Position numbers and translations under genes: made by a program. Below the pieces are notes generated by a model. That model ran no database searches. It saw nothing but the letters and a program-made list of their open reading frames with translations, and was not told the origin of the DNA. A stretch of DNA of 58,433 nt, from contig DASSZW010000109.1 of NCBI GenBank assembly GCA_035713285.1, forward strand, positions 1 through 58,433, written 5' to 3'. This stretch comes from Burkholderiales bacterium. GTDB lineage: Bacteria > Pseudomonadota > Gammaproteobacteria > Burkholderiales > Sulfuriferulaceae. This document shows positions 27,701-40,853 of this stretch, piece after piece. Position 1 is the stretch's first letter, and each line of letters opens with the position of its first letter.

Positions 27701-28353
27701 TCCCATTTCAGAGTGCCGCCCTGCCTGGGCAATTTGGCCGCAATGAGGTAATTGCCCCGGTCGGCGGGCAGAGTGGAGAGTCCGTCGAGCTGCAGGTCGA
27801 GCGGCAACAGGCTGACTACGAAAGATGCAGGGCGGTTACGGTCGATGTATTCGATATCGCCCTGCACGATTTTGAGGTGTTTAATCAGTACGCGCGGCAA
27901 GGTTTTGGAAGGTGGCGTTCTATTTTTGTTCAGGGCGGCTATCAGCCTGCCCCAGTTCAGCGTGCCGCCCGGCGCGATATCGAAACGTACCGCGGGGGCG
28001 ACCACTTCGACGTCGCCAAGTTGCCAGGCAAAACGGAACAGGCCGCCGGCTTCCAGGTGGAGATGAAGGTGCTTGAAACCGGCCAGCAGTGCGTCATCGG
28101 GCTCACTCAGGCGGAAATTGTCGACGTCGACCGTCAGCCGCAACGGGTCGAATTTAACCTGTCCGACACTGGCGCGACTGTCCAGCCTGGTTTCCGCCAT
28201 CCACGGCACAATACGCTGCACCAGTAAATTGACGGCGAAATACCCGAATAGCAGATAAGCGATAAACAGGCCTGAGAAAATCAGAAACGGCAGACCGAAA
28301 AAAACTTTTCTGACGTTGAGACGCATCGTATCCCCGTTGTTTGTTGGCGCCAT
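24742..28353 (-). CDS. DUF748-repeat membrane-anchored protein with an OmpA-like C-terminal region
   Basis: N-terminal TM, repeated beta-rich units, LTPYSGKFAG..I..G.LS.DL.Y and LPLDLAIALLQD..G.I.L.LPV.G.LDDPQF motifs. The start may be 28326. Confidence 0.85.
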   Translation of the reverse strand: MAPTNNGDTMRLNVRKVFFGLPFLIFSGLFIAYLLFGYFAVNLLVQRIVPWMAETRLDSRASVGQVKFDPLRLTVDVDNFRLSEPDDALLAGFKHLHLHLEAGGLFRFAWQLGDVEVVAPAVRFDIAPGGTLNWGRLIAALNKNRTPPSKTLPRVLIKHLKIVQGDIEYIDRNRPASFVVSLLPLDLQLDGLSTLPADRGNYLIAAKLPRQGGTLKWDGKIGLNPVVSSGRVALEGVKLAELVRAVKQAELPLTPTAGVIDTRLAYRFSMVKDQPRVMLTHIALGLKNFAATAAGGASGLTAQQLFVQAPRVDLATRSGTTLRFKDLTAQLTAMHLKQSGKPLFDLAQARASGVDFDLATRRVQIARMTFTGGDIHASRSADGVIDWQRAMVPGAPSSASPAPPAAPSIPPPRPFVFDIAAVELRNWQAHYIDRGFRYPLSVDASNFNSDFALSNASGALRLSGLNSAAGPITLLSARSNKPAATLRQLRIENGELDLAKRAVTLRAIVASGLRSDIIKQSGKGLALQAAFQPLKPAAKTNPALNSTVRRPIRTAKPAAWTLALQRAALENAALHFEDRAKGKTVALDIVQANLAAHDLSLDLRKPIPVAAHFKVEQGGSFDARGTIVPAPLSGVLKLKLSALSLKPFAPYINRIARLKLNSGSASSTGTLTLRQGKKPALDYAGGFAVDKLGITEEEGGARFLSWQRLSSDDLTLKLAPSSLHIGTLRAVKPVGKIIIFPDKTLNLTRLLRSEAPPPAAAGSAPPVAAPNATASVAISRSASARDTFPISIERIRIDNAGLEFADLSLTPQFGTDIHSLSGVINGLSSNPATVSQVELDGIVERYGSASIRGSLQPFHATDFTDLTLSFRNLEMNRLTPYSGKFAGRKILSGRLSVDLEYKIRNRQLLGENQFIMNKLRLGEHVDSPYATHLPLDLAIALLQDSNGVINLNLPVSGNLDDPQFSYGRILWKAFVNVLTKLASAPFRVLGHLLGVSPDKLEVVSFDAGSAKLLPPEQEKLKSVAQAMGKRPALALTVEPVYAGSADARAIERQSIRREVTKTMGLKLAPGEKPGPIDLTNPKAQKAVLTLAEARLKHDQFKQVKAGYGKPEANGSALYAALLEQLMLQIPVADDELQRLAQQRGDVIRQALLADGVAPDHLSVAAPVAGSATDQTVNTKLSLGVSRTAMPPAAPAVGQPRPAE

Positions 28354-28464
28354 TAGGCCCTTCAGAAGCTTATGGTATAGCGAATATTGGGGTTTGTCAT
28401 CTGCGCTCCGTTGTTCCCGGATTCAAAAACCTGGCATTGCTGGAAAAGGGCTAGTAAATTTGTT

Positions 28465-28860
28465 CTAACAATAAAGAAGAAAGCGGTTACCTATATAATC
28501 GTCTGATTGGCGAAAATAGAGCAAGGAATGACAAAAAGGTGACGAGAAGATTGCCACATACCCATTCAGATCTACAATCTGATTGATGGATTCTGCTTCT
28601 TCAATGCGGGCGTGTGCGTAACTGACGTAGCTGTTGCGAGTAACGAAAGGGTGATCGCCTGGATACAGAATAAAGGTTGGATCATGTTCAATTACTGGAT
28701 TCAACGTGGATAGACTGGTTAACAGCACGCTGACTTTACCGTTTTCGGGATTGTTAACCGGATCAGTAAGCAGGATAAACAGATGTTTTCGATTGATGTC
28801 GTGAGCCGGTCCAGATGGATAGAGCAGCGTTGCCCGTCGAAGGGGCTGAAACAAACTCAC
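28465..28860 (-). CDS. Putative toxin partner of the Panacea antitoxin (PemK/MazF-like features; C-terminus possibly replaced)
   Basis: The GTG start overlaps the antitoxin stop (GTGA, 28857-28860). Motifs HLFILLTDP, DPTFILYPGDHPF and SYVSY; AT-rich relative to its flanks. Confidence 0.6.
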   Translation of the reverse strand: MSLFQPLRRATLLYPSGPAHDINRKHLFILLTDPVNNPENGKVSVLLTSLSTLNPVIEHDPTFILYPGDHPFVTRNSYVSYAHARIEEAESINQIVDLNGYVAIFSSPFCHSLLYFRQSDDYIGNRFLLYC

Positions 28861-29411
28861 AGTCTGGCAAAAAGCCTGTCTAGTGAGCGCTCCGATTCAA
28901 TACGCGCACCGAGTTCAATTGCAGTTTCGTTTGATTTGCCTAGAGCACGGAACACTTCTTCGTAAGGGATGGGTAACGATGAACCATTCGGGTCTTGCCA
29001 TTCAGGGCAGTGTTGGTGTGTGTAGTCACGAATTGCCCACTGGCTCATGTGGCCAAATGTATTCCAAACGGACTCAAGCGCGTCTAAATCTGCTGCGCTC
29101 AGCTCGTCAAGTGCATCTGGTGAAACTGGGCGTTTCAGTGTGACTTTATGATTGGATTTGTCAGAAATCCATGATTCCCAACCGTTCTCACAAGATTCTA
29201 CATCACCATCTATGAGATTTAATGTCATGGATAGAACGGGGCCGTGTGGCATGGCAACAATGCAATCACCAGAAATTGGGAAGCCGTAAAGCTCCATCGA
29301 TTTGCGATCAGCAAGGTAGAGCAGCTTCATAAGTTTCAGATGCGACATGCAACTCTCCCCTCTGTCTAACAGGTACGCAGCCATTTGAGCTACTTTGCGC
29401 TCATTAAACAT
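28857..29411 (-). CDS. Panacea-domain (DUF4065/SocA-like) antitoxin
   Basis: LKLMKLLYLAD, G.PISGD...MPHGPV and FG.MS.W.IRDYTH...PEW signature; AAGGA RBS. Confidence 0.9.
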   Translation of the reverse strand: MFNERKVAQMAAYLLDRGESCMSHLKLMKLLYLADRKSMELYGFPISGDCIVAMPHGPVLSMTLNLIDGDVESCENGWESWISDKSNHKVTLKRPVSPDALDELSAADLDALESVWNTFGHMSQWAIRDYTHQHCPEWQDPNGSSLPIPYEEVFRALGKSNETAIELGARIESERSLDRLFARL

Positions 29412-29636
29412 GGTTTATTCCTTGTGTGGTGACAGAAAGTCGATGTGGGATATATCGGTATAACATGCGCACATATTAACTTAGATTTGCACGTTTGTAA
29501 CATTCTGGTGCAATTTTGCAACAAAAAGAGGCTGTCTTAGCCAAGTAGAACGGTCTGGCTGGTAATTAAACTAACGCCCATTGTTTTACCCAATCCTTTT
29601 TCACAAAATCTAAACTTTCGTGGGCATCTAAAACTA

Positions 29637-32054
<2,418 letters not shown>

Positions 32055-32057
32055 CTA

Positions 32058-32073
32058 TGTTTCACGTGAAACA
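32058..32073. other. parS centromere site 1
   Basis: Perfect consensus palindrome TGTTTCACGTGAAACA between dnaN and gyrB. Confidence 0.95.
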
Positions 32074-32120
32074 ATATTGCGGGTTTATAACTGGAATTCA
32101 AAATTCGTTATCTATGGCCG

Positions 32121-33236
32121 CTAGATGCGCATAGGCATTATAACGTATTTATAGTTATCGTTTTGCGGAACAGTCATCAGCATGCTGCTGTTAGCGTCTC
32201 CGAAGTGGCAATGGATTTTTTCAGTGCCGAGATGGTTCAGCGCATCGAGCAAATAAGAAACATTAAAACCTATGTCGAGCGGTTCGCCTTGGTAATCAAC
32301 TTCAAGCTCTTCCTGGGCTTCTTCCTGTTCATTGTTGTTGCAAATGATTTTGAGCTCATTTTGACCCAGTACCAGTCGCACTCCGCGGAATTTTTCATTG
32401 GACAGGATGGCTGCCCGCTGTAACGCATGCTGTAAGGCAATCCGGTCGGCAATCATGATGTTTTTATGAGTCGTAGGAATTACGCGATGATAATCCGGAA
32501 ATTTACCTTCGATCACTTTGGAAATCAATTGAACGTTGCCGATTTCAAATTTAACCTGATTTTTATAAATGTCAATGTTAAGCAAATTGTCGCTGTCGCT
32601 GAGTAATTTTATAAGTTCTGCGATGGTTTTGCGTGGAATAATAATTTCCTGCTTGTTTACAGTCGTAGATAATTTATCGGCTGCCAGACACAAACGGTGG
32701 CCGTCAGTCGCCACTACGGTAATTTGCTGTCCGTCCAGGACCAGCAGCATCCCGTTCAGGTAATAACGTATATCCTGCTGCGCCATGGCGTATTGCACCA
32801 TGACTATAAGCTGTTTAAGTATTTTTTGAGAAATGGAAAATTGATTTTCAGGATTGATGCCGGTTTCAATTATCGGAAAGTCCTGTGAAGGAAGCGTTTG
32901 CAAATTAAAACGGCTTTTTTGGGATTTGATTTGCAGCAGGTTGTCCAAACCTTCAAACGATATCGCTGCCTTATCATCGAACGCCCGGCATATATCGAGG
33001 ATTTTTTTCGCTGCGACAGTGATATGAAAGGCTTCCGCACTATCGGACGTTTTAGCTATTTCAGTGATTACCTTGATCTGAATTTCAAGATCCGTAGCTA
33101 GAACTGAAAGGAAATTGTCTTTTTTTTCAATGAGCACATTAGACAATATGGGCAAGGTGTGACGTTTTTCTACAATGCCGATCACGGCTTGGAGAGGAGT
33201 CACTAGAGTATCTTTATTAGTTTTTAATAATAACAT
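32121..33236 (-). CDS. dnaN: DNA polymerase III beta sliding clamp
   Basis: LPILSNVL, ATDLE, RYYLNG, VATDGHRL and C-terminal IMPMRI. Confidence 0.98.
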   Translation of the reverse strand: MLLLKTNKDTLVTPLQAVIGIVEKRHTLPILSNVLIEKKDNFLSVLATDLEIQIKVITEIAKTSDSAEAFHITVAAKKILDICRAFDDKAAISFEGLDNLLQIKSQKSRFNLQTLPSQDFPIIETGINPENQFSISQKILKQLIVMVQYAMAQQDIRYYLNGMLLVLDGQQITVVATDGHRLCLAADKLSTTVNKQEIIIPRKTIAELIKLLSDSDNLLNIDIYKNQVKFEIGNVQLISKVIEGKFPDYHRVIPTTHKNIMIADRIALQHALQRAAILSNEKFRGVRLVLGQNELKIICNNNEQEEAQEELEVDYQGEPLDIGFNVSYLLDALNHLGTEKIHCHFGDANSSMLMTVPQNDNYKYVIMPMRI

Positions 33237-33457
33237 ATTTAATATAACCTTAATAATAAGGGGGAAGTCGTTTCCTGTACAATCTTTAAATTCATTTCAT
33301 ATTCAAACGGTTGTATCGAATATAACCAGCTTGGAAAATCATGTTCAATAATGTGTAAATTGTGGATAACTTTTTCAAAACCGTTAATTCATTACTTATC
33401 CACATTATAAAGACCAATTATCCACAACGTTGTGCCGGACTTTGCACTTGCGCCAAT
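33237..33457. other. Chromosomal replication origin (oriC) in the dnaA-dnaN intergenic region
   Basis: Three perfect DnaA boxes (TGTGGATAA 33361-33369; TTATCCACA 33396-33404 and 33418-33426), an IHF-like ATTCAAACGGTTG (33301-33313) and an AT-rich segment next to dnaN; flanked by two parS sites. Confidence 0.8.
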
Positions 33458-34795
33458 TTAATTTGTAAGCACCTGAAGTAAAAGGGCATATTCTCTATTG
33501 AAAGTCGGATCCTCTTCTTTGAGTTCCGCAACCTTGCGGCAGGCATGCAGCACCGTAGTATGGTCCCGGCCCCCAAATGCGCTGCCTATATCCGGCAAAC
33601 TCATGCTGGTCAGTTCTTTGGCCAGCGACATGGCGATTTGTCGAGGCCTTACCAGCGCCCTGGTTCTTCGTTTCGAATGCATTTCAATAATTTTTATTTT
33701 ATAGAAATCGGCTACGGTTTTCTGGATATTCTCCATGGAAACCTGACGACTCTGCACTGCAAGCAGGTCCTTGAGTGCTTCTTTGGCTGTTTCTACGGTA
33801 ATCAACCGGCCGGAAAACCGTGAATAGGCAAAAACCCGTTTAAGTGCGCCTTCCAGCTCTCGAACGTTGGAACGTACCTGTTTTGCAATGAAAAAAGCCG
33901 TGTTTTCTTCAAGCTGAATTCCTTCTGCCGCAGCTTTTTTCAATAAGATAGCGACGCGCATTTCCAGTTCGGGCGGATCGATCGAAACCGTCAAACCCCA
34001 GCTAAAGCGGGATTTTAAACGGTCTTCCATGTCGGCGATCTCTTTAGGATAGGTATCGCATGTAATGATAAGCTGTTTATGTGCTTCGATAAGGGCATTG
34101 AAAGCGTAAAAAAACTCTTCCTGAGTACGGTTCTTCCCGCTGAAAAACTGGATATCGTCGATCAGCAATAAATCGAGCGAATGATAATGGCGTTTGAATT
34201 CATCGAACGTTTTATGTTGATACGCTTTTACCACATCCGAAACGTAATTTTCAGCATGAATATAACTGATACGCGCATCGGGGTTGTTTGCGTGTACGAA
34301 ATTGCCGATGGCGTGGATCAAATGGGTTTTTCCCAAGCCGACGCCACCGTAAATAAACAGCGGGTTATACGCGACGCCCAGGTTTTCCGATACCTGGATA
34401 GCGGCAGCCCGCGCCAGCTGATTCGCCTTGCCCGTTACCAGGGTATCGAAGGTAAACGCCGGATTGAGCCGTTTGGGCGGTGTAGGCTTGACCGGTATGG
34501 GCGCTATTGCCGTGTCCGCAACCGGCGTTTTTTCCGCCGGTTCGAATTTGTTTTTTAACGCGGCATCTATGCCCAGGATGATATTGGTGCTGACACCGTA
34601 ATATTCCTGAGCCAGCGATTCTATGCGCGACAGAAATTTGTCCTTGACCCAATCCAGGACAAAGCGGTTAGGCGCCATCAGGCTCAGCACATTGTCCTGT
34701 ACTATCGGCTTTAAGGGTTTGATCCAGGTGTTGAATTGCTGAGGGGGCAATTCATGCGCAAGTTTTATTAAGGAATCCTGCCAGAAATCATTCAT
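33458..34795 (-). CDS. dnaA: Chromosomal replication initiator DnaA
   Basis: [37 protein letters not shown] and GGRDHTTV. Start reassigned to the ATG at 34795 (MNDFW). Confidence 0.98.
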   Translation of the reverse strand: MNDFWQDSLIKLAHELPPQQFNTWIKPLKPIVQDNVLSLMAPNRFVLDWVKDKFLSRIESLAQEYYGVSTNIILGIDAALKNKFEPAEKTPVADTAIAPIPVKPTPPKRLNPAFTFDTLVTGKANQLARAAAIQVSENLGVAYNPLFIYGGVGLGKTHLIHAIGNFVHANNPDARISYIHAENYVSDVVKAYQHKTFDEFKRHYHSLDLLLIDDIQFFSGKNRTQEEFFYAFNALIEAHKQLIITCDTYPKEIADMEDRLKSRFSWGLTVSIDPPELEMRVAILLKKAAAEGIQLEENTAFFIAKQVRSNVRELEGALKRVFAYSRFSGRLITVETAKEALKDLLAVQSRQVSMENIQKTVADFYKIKIIEMHSKRRTRALVRPRQIAMSLAKELTSMSLPDIGSAFGGRDHTTVLHACRKVAELKEEDPTFNREYALLLQVLTN

Positions 34796-35048
34796 AACGC
34801 GATTATGTATTAACCAAAATTGAGCACATAAAATAGGATTAGGGTTCGGTTGCCCGGTAAATATGGCGCAGTCTGTGCGGGGTACGCACGACAATAACTT
34901 GGTTTGCTAAGTTTAATCTCCGTTTGAAAAGATATCCATCACGATTATAACTAAATTTCAGATAAGTTTTTTAGTGAATTTGCTTGACAACTAAGGCATG
35001 AAAAGCGTTAAATATCGAGTTATATTGAATTTTTATTAGGATTTTGTC

Positions 35049-35195
35049 ATGAAACGCACTTATCAACCTTCTGTTATCCGCCGCAAACGTACACATGGTT
35101 TTCTGGTCCGCATGCGGACTAAAGGAGGCAGGGCGGTGATCAATGCGCGCCGTGCCAAAGGCCGCGTACGCCTGGCTGTGGGCGAATCCAGATAA
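35049..35195 (+). CDS. rpmH: 50S ribosomal protein L34 (48 aa; not in the ORF track)
   Basis: Read by hand: [48 protein letters not shown]. Confidence 0.97.
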   Translation: MKRTYQPSVIRRKRTHGFLVRMRTKGGRAVINARRAKGRVRLAVGESR

Positions 35196-35213
35196 GCCTG
35201 TTCCATTACTGCA

Positions 35214-35573
35214 ATGACTATTCGGTATACTTTCCCGCGAAGTTGCCGACTCCTAAAAACGGATGAATACTCATCCGTTTTTAACTTTAGTCATCGAAAA
35301 AGCGGACGGTTTTTAAGCGTTTATGCCAAACCTGGTGTCAGCTCCTGCGCAAGACTGGGTATCGTAGTCGGCAAGAAACAATTGCGTACCGCTGTATCCC
35401 GCAACTTTGCCAAACGAATTATACGCGAAGAGTTTCGTTTGCGGCGTGCAACTTTGCCTGCGCTGGATTTCGTGGTCCGTGTAACAAAAGCCGTAAGCAA
35501 AGCCGATGCGCCCTTAGTACGCGGTGAACTAATCCATTTATTTCAAAAAACCAGCCGATGTCTCGAATCCTGA
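35214..35573 (+). CDS. rnpA: Ribonuclease P protein component
   Basis: RLGIVVGKK...AVSRN..KR..RE.FR motif; position after rpmH. Confidence 0.95.
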   Translation: MTIRYTFPRSCRLLKTDEYSSVFNFSHRKSGRFLSVYAKPGVSSCARLGIVVGKKQLRTAVSRNFAKRIIREEFRLRRATLPALDFVVRVTKAVSKADAPLVRGELIHLFQKTSRCLES

Positions 35574-35767
35574 TCTCGATAGTAAGGATCTATCAGTACA
35601 CGCTGAGTCCGTTGATCGGACCGCGTTGCCGGTTCACCCCGACGTGTTCGCAATACGCGATAGAGGCGATAAGCAAATACGGAGGTATAAAAGGAAGCCG
35701 CCTTGCCGTACGACGTCTATTATGTTGTCATCCCCGAAGTTCGGGTGGTTACGACCCCGTACCTTAA
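35558..35767 (+). CDS. yidD: Membrane protein insertion efficiency factor YidD
   Basis: YQ..LSP...[10 protein letters not shown]...CHP...GYDPVP. Confidence 0.95.
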   Translation: MSRILISIVRIYQYTLSPLIGPRCRFTPTCSQYAIEAISKYGGIKGSRLAVRRLLCCHPRSSGGYDPVP

Positions 35768-35793
35768 TTTTCCTATAGCTAAGCATCACATTT

Positions 35794-37434
35794 ATGGATA
35801 CTCAGAGACTTATTCTTTTTATTGTTTTTTCGTTTTCATTGTTAATGTTATGGCAGTCCTGGGAAAAGCAGAACGCCCCCCAGTACCAGGCTAGTTCCGC
35901 CGTTACTGCCAACACCAGCGCGCCCGTACCCGCCGTCCCGGTGCCGGGGCAGATGCCGGTATCGGCTGCGCAGCCGCAAAACGAATTTCCGGTAGGCGCG
36001 GAAGCAACGGTAACTACGGATCTGATTCGTGCCCGTATCGATGCAAACGGAGGCGATATCCGCAGCCTGGCTTTGTTGCGCTATCAGGATCCCCAGGATA
36101 AAAAACGCCCATTTTACATACTCGAGCAGAACCCTGAGCATATGTTCGTCGCGCAAACCGGCCTGATAGGCCCGGACTTGCCTACGCATAAAGCGGTATT
36201 TGCTTTGGTGCCGGGAAATTATCAACTCGAACCTTCGCAGACAAAATTAAGCTTGCCGCTAACGTGGACCGACCCGAAAACCGGTATTAAAGTCAGCAAG
36301 ATTTATACCTTTTATCGCGGCAGCTATAAAATCGACGTGACTTACCAGTTAAGCAATTCCGGAACGCGCTCTGTACCGGTCGATGCCTATTTCCAATTGT
36401 TGCGCGACGGTAAAACGCCGATTGGCGAATCCAGGTTCGTACATACTTTTACCGGTCCGGCTTTGTATACCGCGGCGAACAAATTCACCAAGCTCGACTT
36501 TAAAAAGCTCGACAAGGGCGAACAAAATTATCCTAAATATGCCGATAACGGCTGGATAGGAATGGTGCAGCATCATTTTGTCTCGGTCTGGTTGCCGCCT
36601 AACGGCGGTAAACGCGAATTTTATGCCAAAGCTATCGGGAATGGCCAGTACAGCGCGGGAGTGATTCTGCCGGAAGGAACGCTGGCGCCTGCCGCTACGC
36701 TCAGTTTCATGGTGCCTTTATACGTCGGCCCGCAAATCCAGAAAACGTTGACAGCCTTGGCTCCGGGACTGGACTATGTCGTCGATTACGGCTGGCTGAC
36801 CCCGATCGCTGCGCCGATATTCTGGGCCTTGCAACAGATACACGGACTGGTTGGCAACTGGGGCTGGTCTATCGTAATTCTGACCATATTAATCAAATTG
36901 CTGTTTTTCCCGTTATCCGCCAAAAGCTATAAATCCATGGCGCAAATGCGCGGTCTGGCGCCGAAGCTGCAAAGATTGAAAGAACTTTACGGCGACGACA
37001 AACAGAAACTTCATCAGTCCATGATGGATTTGTATAAAACCGAAAAGGTGAATCCGCTGGGCGGCTGCCTGCCGGTTGTCGTTCAGATACCTGTATTCAT
37101 CGCACTTTACTGGACGCTGCTGGGTAGCGTGGAAATGCGGCAGGCGCCGTTCATGGGATGGATACACGATCTTTCTGCGCCGGATCCTTATTATATTCTG
37201 CCCGTCATCATGGGCTTGACGATGCTGTTGCAGACCAAGCTCAATCCGGCGCCTCCCGACCCGATGCAAGCCAAGGTCATGATGATCATGCCGGTCGCAT
37301 TCAGCGTATTTTTTCTGTTCTTTCCGGCCGGCTTGGTGCTGTATTGGGTAGTCAACAATATCATGTCGATCAGCCAGCAATGGATAATTACCCGTAATTA
37401 CGAAGCCGCTCAAGTTGGCCGCCCTAAGTCCTGA
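35794..37434 (+). CDS. yidC: Membrane protein insertase YidC
   Basis: [22 protein letters not shown] and [10 protein letters not shown]. Confidence 0.97.
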   Translation: MDTQRLILFIVFSFSLLMLWQSWEKQNAPQYQASSAVTANTSAPVPAVPVPGQMPVSAAQPQNEFPVGAEATVTTDLIRARIDANGGDIRSLALLRYQDPQDKKRPFYILEQNPEHMFVAQTGLIGPDLPTHKAVFALVPGNYQLEPSQTKLSLPLTWTDPKTGIKVSKIYTFYRGSYKIDVTYQLSNSGTRSVPVDAYFQLLRDGKTPIGESRFVHTFTGPALYTAANKFTKLDFKKLDKGEQNYPKYADNGWIGMVQHHFVSVWLPPNGGKREFYAKAIGNGQYSAGVILPEGTLAPAATLSFMVPLYVGPQIQKTLTALAPGLDYVVDYGWLTPIAAPIFWALQQIHGLVGNWGWSIVILTILIKLLFFPLSAKSYKSMAQMRGLAPKLQRLKELYGDDKQKLHQSMMDLYKTEKVNPLGGCLPVVVQIPVFIALYWTLLGSVEMRQAPFMGWIHDLSAPDPYYILPVIMGLTMLLQTKLNPAPPDPMQAKVMMIMPVAFSVFFLFFPAGLVLYWVVNNIMSISQQWIITRNYEAAQVGRPKS

Positions 37435-38758
37435 ACACGATATCATTGCCGCCATCGCTACAGCGCCGGGGCGGGGCGGGATAGGAATAGTTCGCGTATC
37501 CGGGAACGATCTCGGTTCTTTTGCACAGCGGATACTGAGAAAGGTACCCCCGCCGCGGTATGCCGGAATGACGGCGTTTATCGATGCCGCAGGCGAAATG
37601 ATCGATGAAGGCGTCGCGCTGTATTTTCCGGCGCCGAATTCATACACCGGGGAAGACGTGCTTGAGTTGCAGGGCCACGGCGGTCCGGTGGTGATGAAAG
37701 GCATATTGAACCGCTGCCTGCAGTTGGGAGCTCGAATAGCCGATCCGGGGGAATTTACCCGGCGCGCTTTTTTAAACGATAAGCTGGATTTGGCGCAAGC
37801 CGAAAGCGTGGCCGACCTGATCGACGCAACGTCAGAGGCGGCTGCGCGCTCGGCATTAAGATCGCTGACAGGCGAGTTTTCGCGGTATGTGAACGAGCTG
37901 AACTCCAGCCTGATCGAATTGCGGATGCTGATCGAGGCTATCCTCGATTTCCCGGAAGAAGAGCTGGATTATTTACAGGCGTCCAGGGTTTACGAAAAGC
38001 TGGATCTGGTACTGGATAATTTGTCGGTTATCGAGTCTACGGCCCGGCAAGGCAGCGTGTTGCGCGAAGGAATACGCGTGGTTCTGATCGGTCGGCCGAA
38101 TGTAGGCAAATCGAGCCTGCTTAACCGCCTTGCGGCTCGCGATGTGTCGATAGTAACGGCCGTCGCGGGAACGACGCGGGACGCAATTCGTGAAACCGTG
38201 CAAATCGAAGGCGTCCCGGTGCATATTATCGATACCGCCGGATTGCGCGATACAGCGGATGAAGTGGAAACCATAGGGATCGACCGAACCTGGCAGGAAA
38301 TAGCCGAAGCGGATGTCGGCCTGTTGCTGGTCGATGCGCAGCAAGGACTGACTCAAGCCGAGCATGAAATCCTGGCTCGACTCCCGCCCGGCCTCCCGCT
38401 TTATACGGTACATAACAAAATAGATTTAAATGGTACGCCGGCTCATACCGCAGGATCCGATATTTATCTGTCGGCGCGAACCGGAGAAGGCTTGGCGCTG
38501 TTGCGCGAAACCTTGCTGCATGCCGTTGGCTGGCAAACGGAATCGTCGGGCATATTTATGGCGCGCGAGCGACATTTGCATGCGTTGCGCAGCGCAAGGG
38601 CGCATCTGGAAGAGGCTAAGTCCGTACCGGCATCTGCGCTGGAGTTGCTGGCCGAAGAATTGCGTCTGGCCCAATACGCGCTTTCGGCCATTACCGGAGA
38701 ATTTAGTGCTGACGATTTGCTGGGCGAAATATTTAGTCGTTTCTGCATCGGAAAATAG
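37415..38758 (+). CDS. mnmE: tRNA modification GTPase MnmE
   Basis: [36 protein letters not shown] and C-terminal FCIGK. Confidence 0.97.
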   Translation: MAALSPEHDIIAAIATAPGRGGIGIVRVSGNDLGSFAQRILRKVPPPRYAGMTAFIDAAGEMIDEGVALYFPAPNSYTGEDVLELQGHGGPVVMKGILNRCLQLGARIADPGEFTRRAFLNDKLDLAQAESVADLIDATSEAAARSALRSLTGEFSRYVNELNSSLIELRMLIEAILDFPEEELDYLQASRVYEKLDLVLDNLSVIESTARQGSVLREGIRVVLIGRPNVGKSSLLNRLAARDVSIVTAVAGTTRDAIRETVQIEGVPVHIIDTAGLRDTADEVETIGIDRTWQEIAEADVGLLLVDAQQGLTQAEHEILARLPPGLPLYTVHNKIDLNGTPAHTAGSDIYLSARTGEGLALLRETLLHAVGWQTESSGIFMARERHLHALRSARAHLEEAKSVPASALELLAEELRLAQYALSAITGEFSADDLLGEIFSRFCIGK

Positions 38759-38825
38759 ACGATAATACCGGTTTTCCGATTATCATCGGAATCGGGGCGT
38801 CGACACGATCGCGATTGATGGATGA

Positions 38826-38841
38826 CGTTTCACGTGAAACG
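38826..38841. other. parS centromere site 2
   Basis: Palindrome CGTTTCACGTGAAACG (only the outer base pair differs from consensus), upstream of mnmG. Confidence 0.88.
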
Positions 38842-38944
38842 ATACGATAATTTCATCAATGATCATTGTTTAAAACGACGGGATTTTTGATAGCGTTGCC
38901 GGCACTCTTTATCGAAATTACGTTTTAGAGACCTATATCCAATC

Positions 38945-40846
38945 ATGGAATACCAGGAAAAATTTGATGTCATCGTAGTGGGCGGCGGCCATGCGGGCAC
39001 CGAAGCAGCGCTCGCTGCAGCAAGAATGGGTGCGCGCACCTTATTGCTGACCCATAATATCGAAACCTTGGGGCAAATGTCGTGCAATCCTTCGATAGGA
39101 GGGATAGGAAAAGGGCACCTCGTCAAGGAGATCGATGCTTTGGGCGGTGCGATGGCGGCAGCCACTGACGAGGCGGGCATACAGTTCCGCACGCTGAACA
39201 TGTCCAAAGGGGCTGCGGTTCGGGCGACCCGGGCGCAGGCCGACCGGGTGTTGTATAAACAGGCGATACGCAAGCGTCTGGAAAATCAGGAAAATTTATG
39301 GCTGTTTCAGCAGGCGGTGGAAGATTTGCTGTTGCAGGGCGACGTCGTCACCGGCGTACGGACTCAATTGGGGTTGTCTTTTTTTGCGCCCACGGTGGTT
39401 TTGACGGCCGGAACGTTTCTGGCCGGATTAATACACGTCGGAATGGCGAATTACACGGCAGGACGTGCCGGTGACCCGGCTTCGGTCGGGCTCGCGCAGC
39501 GGTTGCGCGAACTGAAGCTGCCGGTCGGGCGGTTAAAAACCGGAACGCCCCCCAGAATAGACGGCCGGACGATAAATTACTCCGTCATGCAAATCCAGCC
39601 GGGAGACGATCCGGCCCCCGTATTTTCCTTTATGGGCCGGCGCGAGCAACATCCGGCGCAACTACCGTGCTGGATAACGCATACGTCAGAACGAACTCAC
39701 GACATCATTCGCGGCGGCCTCGATCGCTCGCCGTTGTACAGCGGCGTCATAGAGGGCGTCGGCCCGCGCTATTGCCCGTCGATAGAAGATAAGATCGTCC
39801 GCTTCGCCGACAAGACTTCGCATCAGATTTTTGTAGAACCCGAAGGGTTGAATACCCACGAAGTCTACCCCAACGGAATATCCACCAGCCTGCCGTTCGA
39901 TGTGCAATGGGCGTTGGTGCGCTCGATAAAAGGCTTTGAAAATGCGCACTTGATGCGCCCGGGATACGCGATCGAATACGATTATTTCGATCCGCGAGAA
40001 TTAAAACGTACGCTTGAGACCAAAGCGATCGCCGGGCTGTTTTTTGCCGGACAGATAAACGGCACCACCGGGTACGAGGAAGCGGCGGCGCAGGGCTTGC
40101 TCGCCGGTATCAATGCCGGTCTGATGGCGAAAGGTTTGCCGGGCTGGATCCCCGGCCGTGAAGAAGCGTATCTGGGGGTCATGGTCGACGACCTTACCAC
40201 TCTGGGCGTGACTGAACCTTATCGCATGTTTACCAGCAGGGCTGAATATCGATTGTCCTTGCGCGAAGATAACGCCGATATGCGCCTGACCGAAACAGGC
40301 CGAAAGCTCGGAGTCGTGGACGATGAGCGATGGGAAGCGTTCAGCCGCAAGCGCGAACAGGTCGATGCGGAGCAGGCGCGCTTGCGCGGTGTGTGGGTCC
40401 AGCCGGAAACGTTGGAGAAAACCGAGGCGCATCGCGTACTGGGCAAGGGAATCGATCGCGAATACAATTTGTACGAATTGTTGCGCAGGCCGGATGTCCG
40501 TTACGCCGACCTGCTGACGCTGGGCGTTGCCGGAAGCGGGGTTACGGATCCGGCCGTTGCCGAGCAGGTGGAAATACAGGCAAAATATCAGGGCTATATC
40601 GAACGCCAGGCAGGGGAGATTTCCCGCCTGCGCGACCAGGAGCATCACGCATTGCCGGCAACGCTGGATTATGCGCAAGTCCATGGGCTGTCGATAGAGG
40701 TGCAACAGAAATTGAACCGGCACAAACCCGAGACGATCGGCCAGGCTTCACGGATTTCAGGCGTGACTCCGGCAGCGATATCCCTGCTGCTGGTGCACCT
40801 GAAGCGGCATAATTTTAAAAACGACCGGCGTAAATCGTGGGCCTAG
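38945..40846 (+). CDS. mnmG: tRNA uridine-5-carboxymethylaminomethyl modification enzyme MnmG (GidA)
   Basis: [33 protein letters not shown] and [16 protein letters not shown]. Confidence 0.98.
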   Translation: MEYQEKFDVIVVGGGHAGTEAALAAARMGARTLLLTHNIETLGQMSCNPSIGGIGKGHLVKEIDALGGAMAAATDEAGIQFRTLNMSKGAAVRATRAQADRVLYKQAIRKRLENQENLWLFQQAVEDLLLQGDVVTGVRTQLGLSFFAPTVVLTAGTFLAGLIHVGMANYTAGRAGDPASVGLAQRLRELKLPVGRLKTGTPPRIDGRTINYSVMQIQPGDDPAPVFSFMGRREQHPAQLPCWITHTSERTHDIIRGGLDRSPLYSGVIEGVGPRYCPSIEDKIVRFADKTSHQIFVEPEGLNTHEVYPNGISTSLPFDVQWALVRSIKGFENAHLMRPGYAIEYDYFDPRELKRTLETKAIAGLFFAGQINGTTGYEEAAAQGLLAGINAGLMAKGLPGWIPGREEAYLGVMVDDLTTLGVTEPYRMFTSRAEYRLSLREDNADMRLTETGRKLGVVDDERWEAFSRKREQVDAEQARLRGVWVQPETLEKTEAHRVLGKGIDREYNLYELLRRPDVRYADLLTLGVAGSGVTDPAVAEQVEIQAKYQGYIERQAGEISRLRDQEHHALPATLDYAQVHGLSIEVQQKLNRHKPETIGQASRISGVTPAAISLLLVHLKRHNFKNDRRKSWA

Positions 40847-40853
40847 GGCGAAT

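Noticed and set aside
29455-29485. dif/Xer-like sequence upstream of the Panacea gene (ATGCGCAC, TTAACTTA)
   Set aside because: The arm-like pieces are in the wrong order with no 6-bp central region; more likely promoter DNA.
38759-38944. Origin upstream of mnmG (gidA) as in E. coli
   Set aside because: No DnaA boxes seen; only parS and a few GATC sites.
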